64,000 bases of DNA. It comes from the human T2T-CHM13v2.0 reference genome, Homo sapiens. The position numbers and the translations under genes were made by a program. Under the pieces are notes generated by a model. That model was not told where the DNA came from, did no database searches, and saw only the letters and a program-made list of their open reading frames with translations. Of the stretch, positions 26,594-40,714 are shown piece after piece. The stretch's first letter is position 1. Every line of letters begins with the position of its first letter. The DNA is taken from the NCBI RefSeq assembly GCF_009914755.1, contig NC_060925.1; one strand, written 5' to 3'.

Positions 26594-26994
26594 TACATTA
26601 AAGCCACAGAAATTCTTGGTTTCTAGGTGTCAAAATGATCATTTCAAATCAGGGTACTTCTCTAAGAAAGGTCATTCCACTGCAAATTCTAACCCTTTCC
26701 TCGTGTTCCTTTGTCAAATATTTCATTTAAAATAGATATTTGAAAGAGTAGAGCTGGAAGCCACAGCAACTTTCTTTTCTTTGCAGTTAGGCTCAGTATT
26801 TAGAACCCAACTCTGCTGCTTCTCCCCTTATATAGTAGAAAATGTTATTACTCCCCACATTAAAAGAATCTGATTTATCCTTTGCTCTTATATTGGAAAC
26901 AGGACTTTTAGAGATACTCTTAAAAGATTTGATTAGCAGCACTGATTTGATTCCACATAACACACTTGCTACTCAAGGGGAACAAGCCAGAAAC

Positions 26995-27105
26995 AAGAGC
27001 AGGGTCGTAGTGCTCCAGGGCCACTGCACTTGGCCTTGTGCAATGTGCACATAGCAAATCCCTGTGCAGCATACCCCTAGAGTTTCACAGTTTATAACCA
27101 GCACA
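26995..27105. mobile_element. MER91-like hAT remnant
   Basis: gtgctccagggccactgcac...ttgtgcaatgtgcaca motif. Confidence 0.4.
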
Positions 27106-28149
27106 TAGCCCAGCCCCACTCTGCTTCATACACACTCCTACCTCCTAAGTCTGACTCAGCTTTGCAAACATCTGAGACCAAAAAGATGCTAGCAATCCAT
27201 ATACATCTTTGACCTTTTAACTTTACCTTGAAATTCAATGTAACTTATGGCATGTTACTTTAAAAGCAATATAACATGCTTGTTAGATCTTTTTTCCTAT
27301 TTTGCAGTGAAGGCAGCAATATGTTTCAGTGTACAAGTCCAGGACCAGCAGGAACAGAAACTGATCAAATGGTACTGTTTCTCTAAAGAAACTTGTACAT
27401 TTACAAATAAGTAGCAAGTATTGAGATTTAACAATTTACAGAAATAAAATGCTCAGATTATCAGGCAAAACATAATAATTGCGGCTATTTTCATAAACCT
27501 GACCAATGATGATTGATTTTGGAATCCAAATTCTTGCATAGAAACGATGCTTTCTACATACATATTTAATTAAGTCTCAAAACAAAGATATTTTATACAA
27601 TGTCCTGGGAAGCTTTGCTGACATATTTCTCAAGGTTTTAACACTAACATTTCCATCTTTAGTAGAAATACGGGATACATATGGGCTAAGAAATGCTAAT
27701 GCTTAGAAACTGCTCATGAACATGGGCTATTATTGAACACAGAAATGACAAATATGAATGAAGTGAACATGACAGGCCTAAGAAGAAAGTTCTTTTAATG
27801 AAATGTGATTAGGAAAGATAAGGCAAAAGTAATGAATGTGCATAGAATACTAAAACTCAAAAGAGTCACACCCTTTTTCAAATTGCTTTTCAAACTCCAA
27901 ACATCATTTTCTTACAACATAATATTTCTGTTGGTACATATTTTTTCAAGACTACTAGAAAAAAGGAAATTTTATAGTATAAAAACTAACAAATGATCTA
28001 TTATTTTAATTAAATTGGAAGGTTACTTTTGACCCTAAATCTCAATTCATGATTCAAATACCCATCAATGATCAGCTGCCCTCACAAGTCACCTTCAATT
28101 CCAAAACACTAAAATGTAAGACAAGACACTAAATCTTCTATAATCTGAA

Positions 28150-28450
28150 GTGTTGCCCCAATGATTCAGAGTATATACTCTATTTTTTGCCACATAAGAT
28201 GATTTTCTAGCTCCACAATATTCCATAGTATAAGAGGCTACAATGCATTTAGTCAATACCCTGTTATTGAACAAATGAAGTTTTTTTCCAACTGTTAACA
28301 ATTACAATCAATGAAAATAATACTGCTGTATCAAAATATTTATCCATATGCCTAATTATTCCTGATAATAAATTCCTAGAAGTGAATAATTTTCTGGACC
28401 AAAGAGTAAGAACATTTTTGAAGTTCCTGATAAATAATGCCAATCGATGA
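28150..28450 (-). mobile_element. Old L1 (L1ME-like) remnant
   Basis: caatattccatagtat...gtcaataccctgttattgaaca...aaattcctagaagtgaat. Confidence 0.55.
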
Positions 28451-30761
28451 AGGCATTTTTTATAACTTCCCTAGAAATAAGCTATTCTAAACTATTCACA
28501 AGGCTGAGCGCAACCTGCCCAAAAGGAAGGGTATTATTATATTATCAGATCATGCGTCTGCTCCTTAAGAAGTATTGTGAGATGCTCTTGTGATTTTCTC
28601 CCACCTAAAGAGATTTTTATGTTATTCTTGGCAACTGAAAAATAAGCAAAGCCTCATCATTTCTTTCTTTGGACTACTTTTTTGGTTTCCTTTGACCACT
28701 GTCAGTTCAGCAATATTTTGAGGTGGAATCAGCACTATAATTAGACACAACCTAAGAGTCTGAGAAATCAACACTAACTCCCAATGAAAAGAAGAACACA
28801 GAATGAATAAAATATTTAACATGTTCAACAAGGAAGATCACATTTCCAGAAAGAAAAGAGCATTACTGTATCAGCACCCATTTCTTTGTCCTTGGATAGT
28901 ACAGTCAGCATGGCACAGGCATCATCTGGATTCTGGAAATCCTTAATATAGCTCTAACTTATAGCCAAGTCAAATTGCAAATATTTTATGAGCGTTTATA
29001 ATGTGCAAAACCCTGTCATAAATATTTTTGAGAAAACTAAAATTTGTAAACCAATGAACTTATACATTAAGGGAAAGGACCAGAAAATATATTCAAAATG
29101 CACTGAAAGATGAAAGAAGATATTCAAACAACATTCCAAAACAATAGCATAAAATCACTATGCAAAGGCACTACACTGTGCAAATTACAATGCATTTTTG
29201 TAGGCAAATCCCATTTTATTCTATACCTTAGAATACCAAATTTTCACTCATACTGTAGTTCTTTCTCAAATAATCCAAACATTATGACACTGAGAATGAC
29301 AGAATTTACAAAACAACTTTTTCTTTTTGTACATTATAGCAAAGAGAACTAAAAATTTTAAGGATCTCAATTTCCTAGAGAAACGTTGCCAGGAAGGTTT
29401 TAAGAATAGTTGAGCTACAGCATAACTTACTGCTACTAGAAAATGATACATTGTAAAAACAACACATTTTCAGTTATAAATGTTTCTAGAAGTTTATGTG
29501 TTTATAAAGACCATATATTTTGAAATAATTTCTTCCTTTTTTAACAAACAATTTTCAACAAAAGAAAAGACTGATTAGAATTCTGCTGATAAATTGCCAC
29601 TGATTGGGTAAATCCTAGAGATACTTGGACTCGAACAGCAGCAGCCTAGACCAGGATTTTCAACCTTGCCTTTGGGGGCTGGGAAGATTCACTACAGAGG
29701 TGGGGTGTCACTCAGGCATTACTGCTCTTATGGGAGAGTTCACATCTCTCCATCAGCATTTTCTACACATTCAGAGCCACAGAAGACCACAAGGCAATGA
29801 GGACAGAAGAGACATACACAGAAAGGAGTGACAGGAGTTGTATGTTTTCTTCTTGGAACCAGAAGAAAGTGAAGTTCTTGCCCAGGGAACTGAGCAAGTC
29901 CCTTTCCAGTCATACTTTCAATTCCACATACTCTATTTATATCTATAACTAAAGAAATTATGATAATTTTTAAAATTGCTATGAGACATGGAAGTTTTAC
30001 TATTTCACAAAAATTTATAAAACATCACAGTCCCATCTGAATTTTCCCTTAGTCATTATGTTCTGATGACAAGACTAAAATCTGTCTCTTATGATTTGGG
30101 ATTTTTCAGTAAGGAAATCTAGGAGATAGTTTTTCCCTCAGTGTTTGAGCTGAACAATCCTATTTTTCTATACAAGCATAATCACCCAATAGGTAATCAT
30201 GTTACAGCAAGGCTCCAAACACACTTTTTCCATTCATCCAGGATATCCTGAGATCATCCCACAATGAACAGTAAGAAGACAGCAGAAAAATGGGTGAAAA
30301 ACAGAAACAATACGCGACAGGACCAGTTGTAAGGAAAGGAAGATGGAAAATAAGGCAAAGGCAGCATAGAGAACCACCAAGACAATGGAAGAAAATTAAA
30401 AGAAAAAGGAAAACATTAAAGGTCAAAAAGTGGTAAGAAACAAAAATAACAGACTAGAAGATACTCTCAAAACGGTCTTTACATTTTGGGGACATGTGGA
30501 TAGTTCAACTTTCAGAAGTCCTTTCTCTACTCATGAAGGTGCTCTGAATTAACAGACAGTCTAATTTCCTTCTAAAACAGACACAGAAGGCACAGAGAAG
30601 ATGAAAGAAATAACATTGACAGGTTTTGTTGGTTTTTAATCACTTTCCACACTCAGAAAAAAAAGTCTTATCATTCTGAAGCTGGTTAGAAGTTGAACAG
30701 GTATCTTTTAGAGAGGATCACCTCAAGTGATGCCTACAGGACTCCGATGCTTTACACTCAC

Positions 30762-30837
30762 AGATGACCTGGGGAAAGGAAGAATGAGCTTGACCACCAG
30801 ATCTGCACAGGGTAAGATACTGGGCATGACTGGCAAT
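30762..30837 (-). other. Candidate 76-nt exon (host gene or cryptic)
   Basis: Minus strand GCTTCTTTCACTTTGCAG|ATTGCC...TCATCT|GTGAGT; all three frames open. Confidence 0.3.
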
Positions 30838-32304
30838 CTGCAAAGTGAAAGAAGCAGGCTGACATTTTATTTTAAAATAGGATGACGCTCTGGAAAAGCC
30901 TCACATAGAAAAGCAAATGAGGGAAAAATCTGGCTAGGCATTAATACAAAATAAGAGAACTGGGAGTAATGCTTACCAAAACTGGCTGAAATTATCACAT
31001 TTTTAAAATTAATTATTTCCTTACCTTACACCAGAACAATTCTAGGTTATTAAAAATTTTTCAAAAGTTATAAGATTTAAAATATGGGAAGAAAACACAA
31101 TAGACCACTTCGATAACTGGAATTCATAAAAAAGCAGAACTATTATATAGCACCATAATAAACAAAAGTAAACATATTAAAAACAGTTCATGCTTTTAAT
31201 ATCTAAATAATTCTTACAAATCAAACAACTGCAAAGCAAGAAGAAAAAGAACAAATCAAAGGTGAACACTAAGAGGTGATAAACATCCTGCAACTCAGGG
31301 CTCCTCCGAAAACTATCTTTGGACTTCTAGTAGGAATTTCTATGTAACAAGGAAAATTGACAGATTAAATAATATGGCCTGAGATTTTGGTTTTAAGGTT
31401 TTTCAAGTTGCAACAGGCAGCCATACGCTCACATCATTTTCTACAAGTGGACAAATTAAGCATGCCACACCTCACAATAAAGTCTAGTTTGGGAAAAAAT
31501 GACAGCCTCTATAACAGCAAGCACTGAAGTAAACAAATCACATTTTCTTAGAAAATTTAGGCTTAAAAAAGAAATGTTTAAATAATATCATTAACAAAAG
31601 TTTAAAGGGAGACAAAGCTTTACAAGTTTTGGCTTACAGGAAACTTCCTGAAACTTAACACAGCAGCTGAATACATTAAATTACAATGCTGTCAGATACT
31701 GCTGGCAGAGTTGACACTCTTGTGCATAGATAGATTCATGCACAATGAGAATCCTGATGGAGAGATGCCACAGAAATATATAATGGAAAATCCTATAATA
31801 GACACAAGGAAAAAAATATTAGGAAGAGTATCCTGCTAACTCCTATTTGTGTCACACGTGTGCCCGTTTTCATTACCTAAAAAACTCTGATAACTGCAGT
31901 TTTATTTATTATCATTTTTTAAGCTGATTTCCAAAGAATAGGAATAGTGGAGGTTAACTATGCACCTACTCAATACTAGATGGAAACAGCTGTGGTTCAA
32001 GTCATATATACAGGACTATTTTTAATGTACTCAATGGCATTCAATTCCGTATGGTGAATAATGTATAGTGCTCAGAAGCCCAAGTAACAATTGGTCTAGA
32101 ACTGTTAAATCACGTTGCAAAATATAACACCTACTAGAAATCTACATCCAAGGTTTATTTCCCATTCAGTTAATCATCAACCAAGAACCTATTAGGGGTC
32201 AAGCACTAGGAATAGGATAAAAATAAGTCTATGTCATGTTTTTTTCCCTTAAGGATTTGGCATGGGGGTTGAAGCAGGAAGAGATATAAGAATACAGGAA
32301 TTAA

Positions 32305-32603
<299 letters not shown>

Positions 32604-32946
32604 AAAAACTCTTGATAAAATTAGAAAATGCCACTAAATAATAAGCTATGAAATGCATATTACAAATAATTAAGTATCAAATAGAAAAATCAGTAAGTAA
32701 GTCTGGAAAGGCATGGGGACTTCATGGAAAAGGAGAGACAAGCTACACTCAAGAAAAGGTAGAATTTGGATATCTGAAAGAACAGAGATGGCCTTCTAGA
32801 CAGGAGACAGCATGAGCAAAGCAAACTTACTCCTCCATATTGCCTCTTAGCAGCAAAGGGATCCAAATTGGCATACTGGCATATTAGTTATTATAGGTCA
32901 CTAATTCCTGAATAAACCAATTGCTATGGTTAACCATAATAATTTT

Positions 32947-33440
32947 TAAATGTTTTATTGATACATAGTATTTTTACATTTTTATGTATGTGATATTTTG
33001 TTACCACCATAGAATGGATAATGATCAAACCATGGTATTTATAATAACCACCACCTCAAACATTTATAATTTCTATGTGTTGGAACATTTCAAGTCCTCT
33101 CTTCTAGCTATTTTGAAAAATGTAATGCATTATTAACTATACTCATTCTACTTTGCTATTGAACATTAGAACTTACTCCTTCTATCTAACTGTATGCTTG
33201 TGCCCATTAACCAACCTCTCTTCAACCCCCACCCCCTATACACCATTTCCAGCATCTGGTAACTATCATTCTACCCTCTACCTCCATTAGATCAACTTTT
33301 TGGTTCCCACATAATAGGGAGAACATGTGATATTTGTCTTTCTGTGCCTGAGTTATTGCACTTAACATAATGATCTCCAGAACCAACCATGTTGTTGTAA
33401 ATGACAGGATTTTATTCTTTTGTATGGCTAAATAGTACTC

Positions 33441-33491
<51 letters not shown>

Positions 33492-34206
33492 CACACCATG
33501 TTTTCTTTACCCATTTATCTGTTGACAGGTAAACATTTAGGTTGATTCCATATCTTGGCAATTGTGAATAGTGCTGCAATACACATGGGGGTGCAGGTAT
33601 TCCTTTGATATACTTTTTTTCTTTCCTTTGAATAAATACCCAGTCAGTAGCGAAAACTGCTGGATCACACAATAGTTCTATTTTTGGGGAAATCTTCATA
33701 CTGTTCTCCATAATGGCTATACTAATTTACATTACCACCAACAGTGTATAAGAGTTCCTGTTCTCCACATTCTCGCCAGCACCCATTAGTTTTTGTCTTT
33801 TTAGTAATAGCCACTCTAAATGGGATTAGATGATGTATCATTGTGGTTTTGATTTGCATTTCCCGATGATTAGTGATGTTGAGTATTTTTTCATGTTCCT
33901 GTTGGCCATTTGTGTCTTCCTTTGAGAAATGTTTATTCATGTTTTTACATACTTTTTAATGAGATTACTTACTGTTGAGTTGAGTTCCCAGTATATTCTG
34001 GATATTAGTCCCTTGTAGAATGAATATATATTTTGCAAATATTTTCTCCCATTCAACAAGCTGTCTCTTCACTTTGTTTTCTTTGCTGTTTGGAAGCTTT
34101 TAGGTTGAATATAATCCCATTTTTCTAGTTTTGATTTGTTGCCTGTGCTTCTGATGTCTTAGCCATAAAATTTTTGCAAGATTAGTGGCCTACAGTATTT
34201 CCCCTA
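32947..34206 (-). mobile_element. 5'-truncated L1MA (L1MA4/5-like)
   Basis: Antisense ORF2 C-terminus and 3' UTR; 15-bp TSD AACCATAATAATTTT (32932-32946; 34207-34221). Confidence 0.92.
33443..33488. repeat. (GT)n microsatellite, about 23 units, inside L1MA
   Basis: Uninterrupted gtgtgt run. Confidence 0.97.
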
Positions 34207-34584
34207 AACCATAATAATTTTGAGCAATGCAGAGGTATGATGAAAACAGTGCTTATGGAAGAATATTCTAGCAGCAATTTGCAGGACAGATCCAAGAGAA
34301 GAAATTCAGAGAGAACAAGGAAAGAGAGATTATTGAGAAACTCCAATTTCAACATCTTGAAAACTCAAATTGGGTTTATATCTTCAGTAATAGAGAGGAA
34401 GTGGTATACCTGAGCCTGATTTATAAGCATCAATAGAACTTGGTGACAATTGATTCCAGAAAATGTATGAGAGAGCCCCCAAAAGTTCCTAGCCCAAGGG
34501 AATGGAAAATTCCATATCAGTTTTCTTATTTTTAAAATGAGAAAACTCATGTTATTGAAATGAATTACAATCTATACATAGATG

Positions 34585-35092
34585 CTGCAGTATCTGTCGT
34601 TCACTTCGGCTGCTGTGTATCTGAATCACCTTCCCATGCATGAATAGTGTCTCTCTTAGGAAGAAAATCCCACATCCCACTCTAAAAATAAAAATATCCG
34701 ACATTTACATTCTAGCCTCCATTGTAGCTATGACCTTGACTCAAGACCTGCTTTCTGTCAATCAGGCATACCAGCCCCAGACTAACTTGGGAGTTAGTGA
34801 GGGGAAAGGGATGTAGACACATTGTCACAGCAACTGGCAGCAGCAGCTAAATCAGAGTTCCAGAGTGGAGGCTGAAGTACAGGATAATTGCCAAGTGACA
34901 CGGACAGTGCCCCTGGCCAACTCTCATCACCAAATTCAATGATGTGATTTTACGCACTGTTCCAGGCTGCCTGGTTCTAAGGCCCTTGCAGAGATTCTGT
35001 AAATTGCTCAATATGCTCTAAATTATTCCTTTCCAATTTAAATCATCCAGTGTCTGTTTCTGTGGCTTACAAATAAGAATCCTTATTGATAG
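34585..35092 (+). mobile_element. ERVL LTR (LTR33-like)
   Basis: 3' end ttcctttccaatttaaatcatccagtgtctgtttctgtggcttacaaataagaatccttattgata typical of LTR33. Confidence 0.65.
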
Positions 35093-35287
35093 AGATGCTA
35101 ATGAGAATGGCTTATAAAACAGTAGTAAACTGCTTCTTTAAAGAAGATAGGATATTTGGAATGAAATTCAAGCACTATCAATAATTACGGCACTATTTGT
35201 TTAAAATATGAGGTACCTAGTAGCAATATCTCCCAACTCCCATTATCTTCTTTAGCCACATATATGCACAAATTTTTTTGCCTAACA

Positions 35288-35642
35288 CAACAGTCTCCAA
35301 CCTTTTTGGTACCAGGGACCAGTTTTGTGGAAGACAAGTTTTCCAGACCCGTGGCGGTGTGTGGAGGGGGCATGGGGGGATGGTTTCAGGATGAAACTGT
35401 TCTACGTCAGATCATCAGGCATTAGGTTCTCGTAAGGAGTACACAACCTACATCCCTTGTATGCGCAGTTGGCAATACACTTTGCACTTCTATGGGAATC
35501 CAGTGCTGCCACTGATCTGAGAGGGGGCAGAGCTCAGGCAGTAATGCTCGCTCATCCACCCCTCACCTCCTGCTGTGTGGCCTGGTTCCTAACAGGCCAT
35601 GGACCTGGTACTTGTCTGTGGCCCAGGGGTTGAGGACCTCTG
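35288..35642. mobile_element. MER1B (hAT-Charlie)
   Basis: ccaacctttttggtaccagggaccagttttgtggaagac...ggggttgaggacctctg; perfect 8-bp TSD GCCTAACA. Confidence 0.93.
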
Positions 35643-35654
35643 GCCTAACAGAAA

Positions 35655-35900
35655 GGCAATGTGATGTATAAACAAAAGATCATGAGCTTTAAAAGTTGAT
35701 GAATCTATACTTGAATAATGACTTGAAAATTGAGTACTTGGATGACTTTGGACAAGTTACTTCACTTCTCTGAGCCTATTTTCTCATATAAAGTGATAAA
35801 ATAACCATGCCAATTCCACAAAGTGATTTTTAAGATTAAATGAGATAGATAATGAAAAAGCTCTCATCTAGTGCCAAGCATATAGTGGTGATCAATTAAA
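35655..35900 (+). mobile_element. MIR SINE
   Basis: tgactttggacaagttacttcacttctctgagcctattttctcat...aagattaaatgagat. Confidence 0.8.
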
Positions 35901-36229
35901 TCACTATTGATTTCTTAATTGATTAATACTGGCCACATGCAGTCTTATACAGTCTTGAGCAGTCCTGGCTTACACAATCTCATTTCTGACCTTGATTCTG
36001 CAAAACTCCCAGCACTGTAAAATCAGTCACTAATATATTTCACTCCAATGCTAAATAGGCCTGCCTATAGGGGTTCATTGGTATTTAGGCTTAATGCTTG
36101 TCTCTTGACTCATTTATTTTTGCTAGGAGTTATAAGAACTTTAACCTGACAGCTCAAATTTTTAAAGTAATAAATTCTCGTTGTAGATAATTTGGAAAAT
36201 ATAAAATGTACACAAAAGAAGGAATATAT

Positions 36230-37200
36230 GAACCTTTTAGAGCTAAAAGAAATCTATAATAATGTTTATTCAAACCCTCTTATTTTCCAAATGAGCTAAC
36301 TAAAACACAGAGAGGTTCAGGGATGGTCCCCAAATCACACAGAACACCATTTCATCATTTTATATATTAATAAGCCTTTACTGATCATTGGTAGGCAAAA
36401 GCATCATTGAACACGGCCAGAGTCTTGGCTTTAGCCTGGGTCTCTGGACTCCAGTTCAGTATACCACACACCCTCACACCAAGCACCCACAACAGTGTTC
36501 CTCCAATAACAGCTATTCAATCCTAAAAGATGCAAGAGACTCTAGAGGTGCTAAGGTATCTTTCCAAGGACATATTCATGGCTCTTGCTCTGAAGGAGTT
36601 CACTACTTACTGGGGAAAGACACATATCTGACGCATTATGATAGTAGGCAGACAAAAAATTCTAAAGATCTAAAGGAACACAACTGGGCTGGTGGTTAAC
36701 TCCTAAAGATGGTACTGGGGAACCTCGCAGAGAAGGGAACATGCATGCTGGGCTTGCAGAGAGAGAGGAGGATTTCCATTATCAGAGAAGGGCATTGGGT
36801 GTACAGGTAGAGGCAAAACTAGATGCATGAGATGTGCACAGCAGGTCTGGGTAACAGGGAATCATCAACCACAGCAAGGCTGAGTGTTGGAAAAGATAAG
36901 ACATGAAACTGGACAAGCTGGTTAGAGTCAGATTATAAAAAATCTTCCAGGCTATGTTAAGGAGAATGAGCCATTTTCTCTGTAGCATGAAAAGCCATCA
37001 AAAGCTCATGAGGAGCAGAGGAGAGGCAGAATCAGAGCTAAGCTTTGAAATTACTCAAATGGAAGGGAGACAAAGGGAATCAGGGAAACCAAACAAGTTA
37101 AGTGATGCCCAGCAATGGCCCAGACTGCAAGAGAAGAGGGATCCATAGGCAGAGGGGTGAGGAGGCAAGGAGGAGAGCCCTTCCCATGTGGCTGGCAGAG
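36230..37200. mobile_element. MIR and L2 remnants
   Basis: ttattttccaaatgagctaactaaaacacagagagg (MIR); ccaggctatgttaaggag...gaaaagccatcaaaag (L2). Confidence 0.5.
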
Positions 37201-37920
37201 CATGAGAGGATGCTGACAACCAGACAGGACCACATCAGTCAGAGCTAGCATAAACCTATAGTTGTGCCAAGGCCAAAAACTCAAGACAGAAGAGAAAAAA
37301 AAGGCAAGAAACTCATAGTAGACAAGTGGTTTTCAGAGCGGAAAAAAATGCAATTTACTGCTCTGAGTTTGCTCTCTGGACTCAACTTCACAATTTCATC
37401 TGGCAACCAGAGACTTAGGAGACTAATTCCCCAAAGGCCACCTCCACAAGCTGTAGACACCATTCACACAGAGGAAATTAATTCGGAACAAACACCAGGG
37501 AGCACACTTGTCATTAAATGGCACATGGGGACTCCTAACTGGGCCAACTGCTCTGATCAGATTCCCACCTCAGCCAAGTTTCCAGAGTGAGGAGAGCAGG
37601 GCAGGTTCATCTGCACCATGTGATAGAAGCAACCTTCCCCTAGAGCTGATCTGAATGCAGTGCTAATTCAGCAGATGATGGACACACCCAGAGGCAAGAC
37701 TCCCAGAGGAAAGACTATCTGCCTCCTGTTTAATCTAGCAGTCTCCACGGGCCCAATACTAATCAATCAGTATCCACATGGAGCTCTACTGTGTTCCCTC
37801 AGATATATTCTCTATACGTTTAGTGGAAATGCACCCAGTGCAGTTTTTTTTTTTTAAACCATAAAATGCTGATCATGCTTTCAGTAATGATTACCTAGGA
37901 ATCACACAGACGCAAATTCC

Positions 37921-37986
37921 GGAAAAGAGGGAAGGAGGGGAAAGGAAACAGGAAAGGAGGGGAAAGGAAGGGAAAGGAGGGAGGAA
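37921..37986. repeat. GA-rich low-complexity (GGAAA-like) tract
   Basis: ggaaaggaggggaaagg repeated. Confidence 0.75.
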
Positions 37987-38868
37987 CACATATTAGAAAA
38001 ACAAACTATAATATGATGGTATTATTTAGAACAGTTAAAATAAACTAAAGGTATACATACCCCCAGGGATTCATCTCCAAAAGAGATTACTCTCAAAAAC
38101 ATTTTTTAAAAAACAAGCTGGATTTTGTCATTTATGTAAATAATAACACATGAATGTAAAACACACAAATGGTATAAATAATGTTTAAGACTATATACAT
38201 AAGTAGTAAAAATATAAACCAATATCATGTAGATGAAAGCTGACAACATTCTCATGATGCCAGGTCTCTAGATAACTGGTTATTCAGTCCCCCCACCAGG
38301 TCCAGCCCTCCCCTCTCGACATGCTACCATCATTTAGCAAATTTAAAAACATAACATTATAGGCCTCACTCAATTGCCTGACTTTCTTGAGAATCTTGAT
38401 TCTCATAGTCAAAATATATAGTTTTATTCAATTCAGTTTTACGACACAAGAATTGCTGAAAAGAAAAAAGTATCAATTTGTAGAGTTTTTTGTTTGTTAT
38501 CTTAAATATTAGTGATCCCTGTTTTTAACTCAAGTTTGGAAAAAAAATATAAGCTTTGAACTTTTCTGAACCTTTCATACAGGGCTCCAGATGAAACAGC
38601 AAAATAGATTGCCTCCAGGAAACCAAGTATTTTGTCTTTAACAACATTCTATCTTTTCCCCTTCCAATTATATCAATATCAACCTCTTAGAAACAGAAAT
38701 TCTTTCTTCCCTTGCTATCATGCAGATTAAATACATATATATTCAGCTCTGGGGAGGGAGAGAAGAAACAATCATGGGTCAAAACCTCATATAATAACAA
38801 ATGAAAGCTTCAGTTACATATGTAATATATTAATTCTTATTTCAAAAACAAGAGAAAATGATATTAGA

Positions 38869-38999
38869 GACAGGCACAGTGGCTTGAGGCTATAATCCCA
38901 GCTACTTGGGAGGCTGAAGGTGGGAGAATTGCCTTGGGCCAGGAGTTCAAGACCAGCCTGCACAACATAACAAGACTCTGTCTCAAAAAAAAAAAAAAA
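38869..38999 (+). mobile_element. Free left Alu monomer (FLAM)
   Basis: Single about 115-nt Alu monomer with A tail; TSD-like aaaatgatat on both sides. Confidence 0.85.
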
Positions 39000-39336
39000 T
39001 TCAAAAATGATATGACACAAATATGACAAAGTGTTAATATCTCTTAAATCTTGGTGATGAGAACAGGAATGCCTCAAATTGCACTTTTTCAAAAAAGTGA
39101 AAATATATCACTTTTTAAACCTTTAAATGGAAAAATTCGATTGGGGGAATTTATGTAGGATTTCATAATGCCTTTAAAAATATATACACCGCCAAATACT
39201 CTTCCTTCAAACTGTTTTATCATCAAGGAAGTATGATGATTGTGGGATTAAAATCTATGATAACAGTTGTTATAAATAACAACTGCTTTTTTCTTTTCTG
39301 AAGTCTGGGGTTGCCATACAAAAATAACTTACCTCT

Positions 39337-40257
39337 GCTCAACATCACTGATCATTAGAGAAATAAAAATCAAAACTACAGTGAAATATCATCTCTACCC
39401 CGTTAAAATGGCTTTTATCCAAAGACAGGCAGTAACAAATGCTGACGAGGATATGGAGAAAAGTGAACCCTCATACACTGTTGGTGGGAATGTAAATTAG
39501 TATAGCCAATATGGAGAATAGTAAGAGGATTCCTCAAAAAACTAAAAATATAACTACCATATGATCCAGCAATCCCACTGCTAGGTATATACCCCAAAGA
39601 AAGGAAATCAGTATATCAAAGAGATATCTGCACTCCCCTGTTTATCACAGTACTGTTCACAGTATCTATGATTTGGAAGCAACCTAAATGTCCATCAGCA
39701 GATGAATGAATAAAGAAAAATGTGCTACATATACACAATAGAGTACTATTCGTCCATAAAAAAATGATGAATTCCTGTCATTTGCAGCAACATGGATAGA
39801 ACTGGAGGACATTATGCTAAGTGAAATGAGCCAGGCACAGAAAGACAAACTTCACATGTTCTCACTCATCTGTGGGAGCTAAAAATTAAAACTATTTAAC
39901 TCATGGAGATGGAGAGTAGAAGAATGGTTACTGAGGCTAGGAAGGGGAGTGGGGGGGTAGGGTGTAGGGATGGATAATAGTTACAAAAATAGAGTTAGAT
40001 AGAATGAATAAGATCTAGTATTTGATAACACAACAGAGTGATTACAGTTACTAAAAATTCATCGTACATTTAAAAAATAACTAAAAGTATAATTGGAATA
40101 TTTATAACACAAAGAAATGATAAATATTTGAGTCGACAGATGCCCCATTTACCCTGATGTAATTATTAAGCCTTATAGGTCTGTATCAAAATATCTCATG
40201 TACCCCATAAACATATGTACCAACTATGTACTCATAAAAATTAAAAATTAGGAAAAA
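39337..40257 (+). mobile_element. 5'-truncated L1MA (L1MA2/3-like)
   Basis: ORF2 C-terminal text and L1MA 3' UTR ending catgtaccccataaacatatgtaccaactatgtactcataaaaattaaaaa. Confidence 0.92.
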
Positions 40258-40714
40258 ACTGACCTTCATTTCTCTGATCACCCATTTTTAAAAGTCTTTC
40301 CAATCCATATACTTAGAAGAAAAAATAGGAGCTTACCACTTTTTTAATGTATAATAAGGGGCAAGTTTCTTTAATACCTATATAACCAAGAGAAAAGAAT
40401 GCAAACTGCCTAATGACCTAGATGACTGAAGGTATAAAAAGGCAGCTGACAGTATAAATCCACTGTCTTATGTGAGTCATATATTGAGAGGTACCTCTGA
40501 CTCATGAAGCTGTCTCTGGAAAAATACAATATAAAAAAGCAAGCTCCTCACTTTAGATTTACTATAGAAGAAGATATTATAGAAACATTACTAATCTTGT
40601 TATTCAAGTTTCTTAAATAATCATTGTTGTTATCATATCCTTAGAAGACAAAATCCTGAAGACAAACTATTTTCAGACACCTAAGGAAAAACATAAATGT
40701 TATAGCATGTGTAT

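Noticed and set aside
37264-37590. 108-aa ORF in unique sequence
   Set aside because: Non-ATG start, no domain resemblance, no supporting splice structure
39940-39970. G-rich quadruplex-like tract
   Set aside because: Normal polypurine tract of the L1 3' UTR
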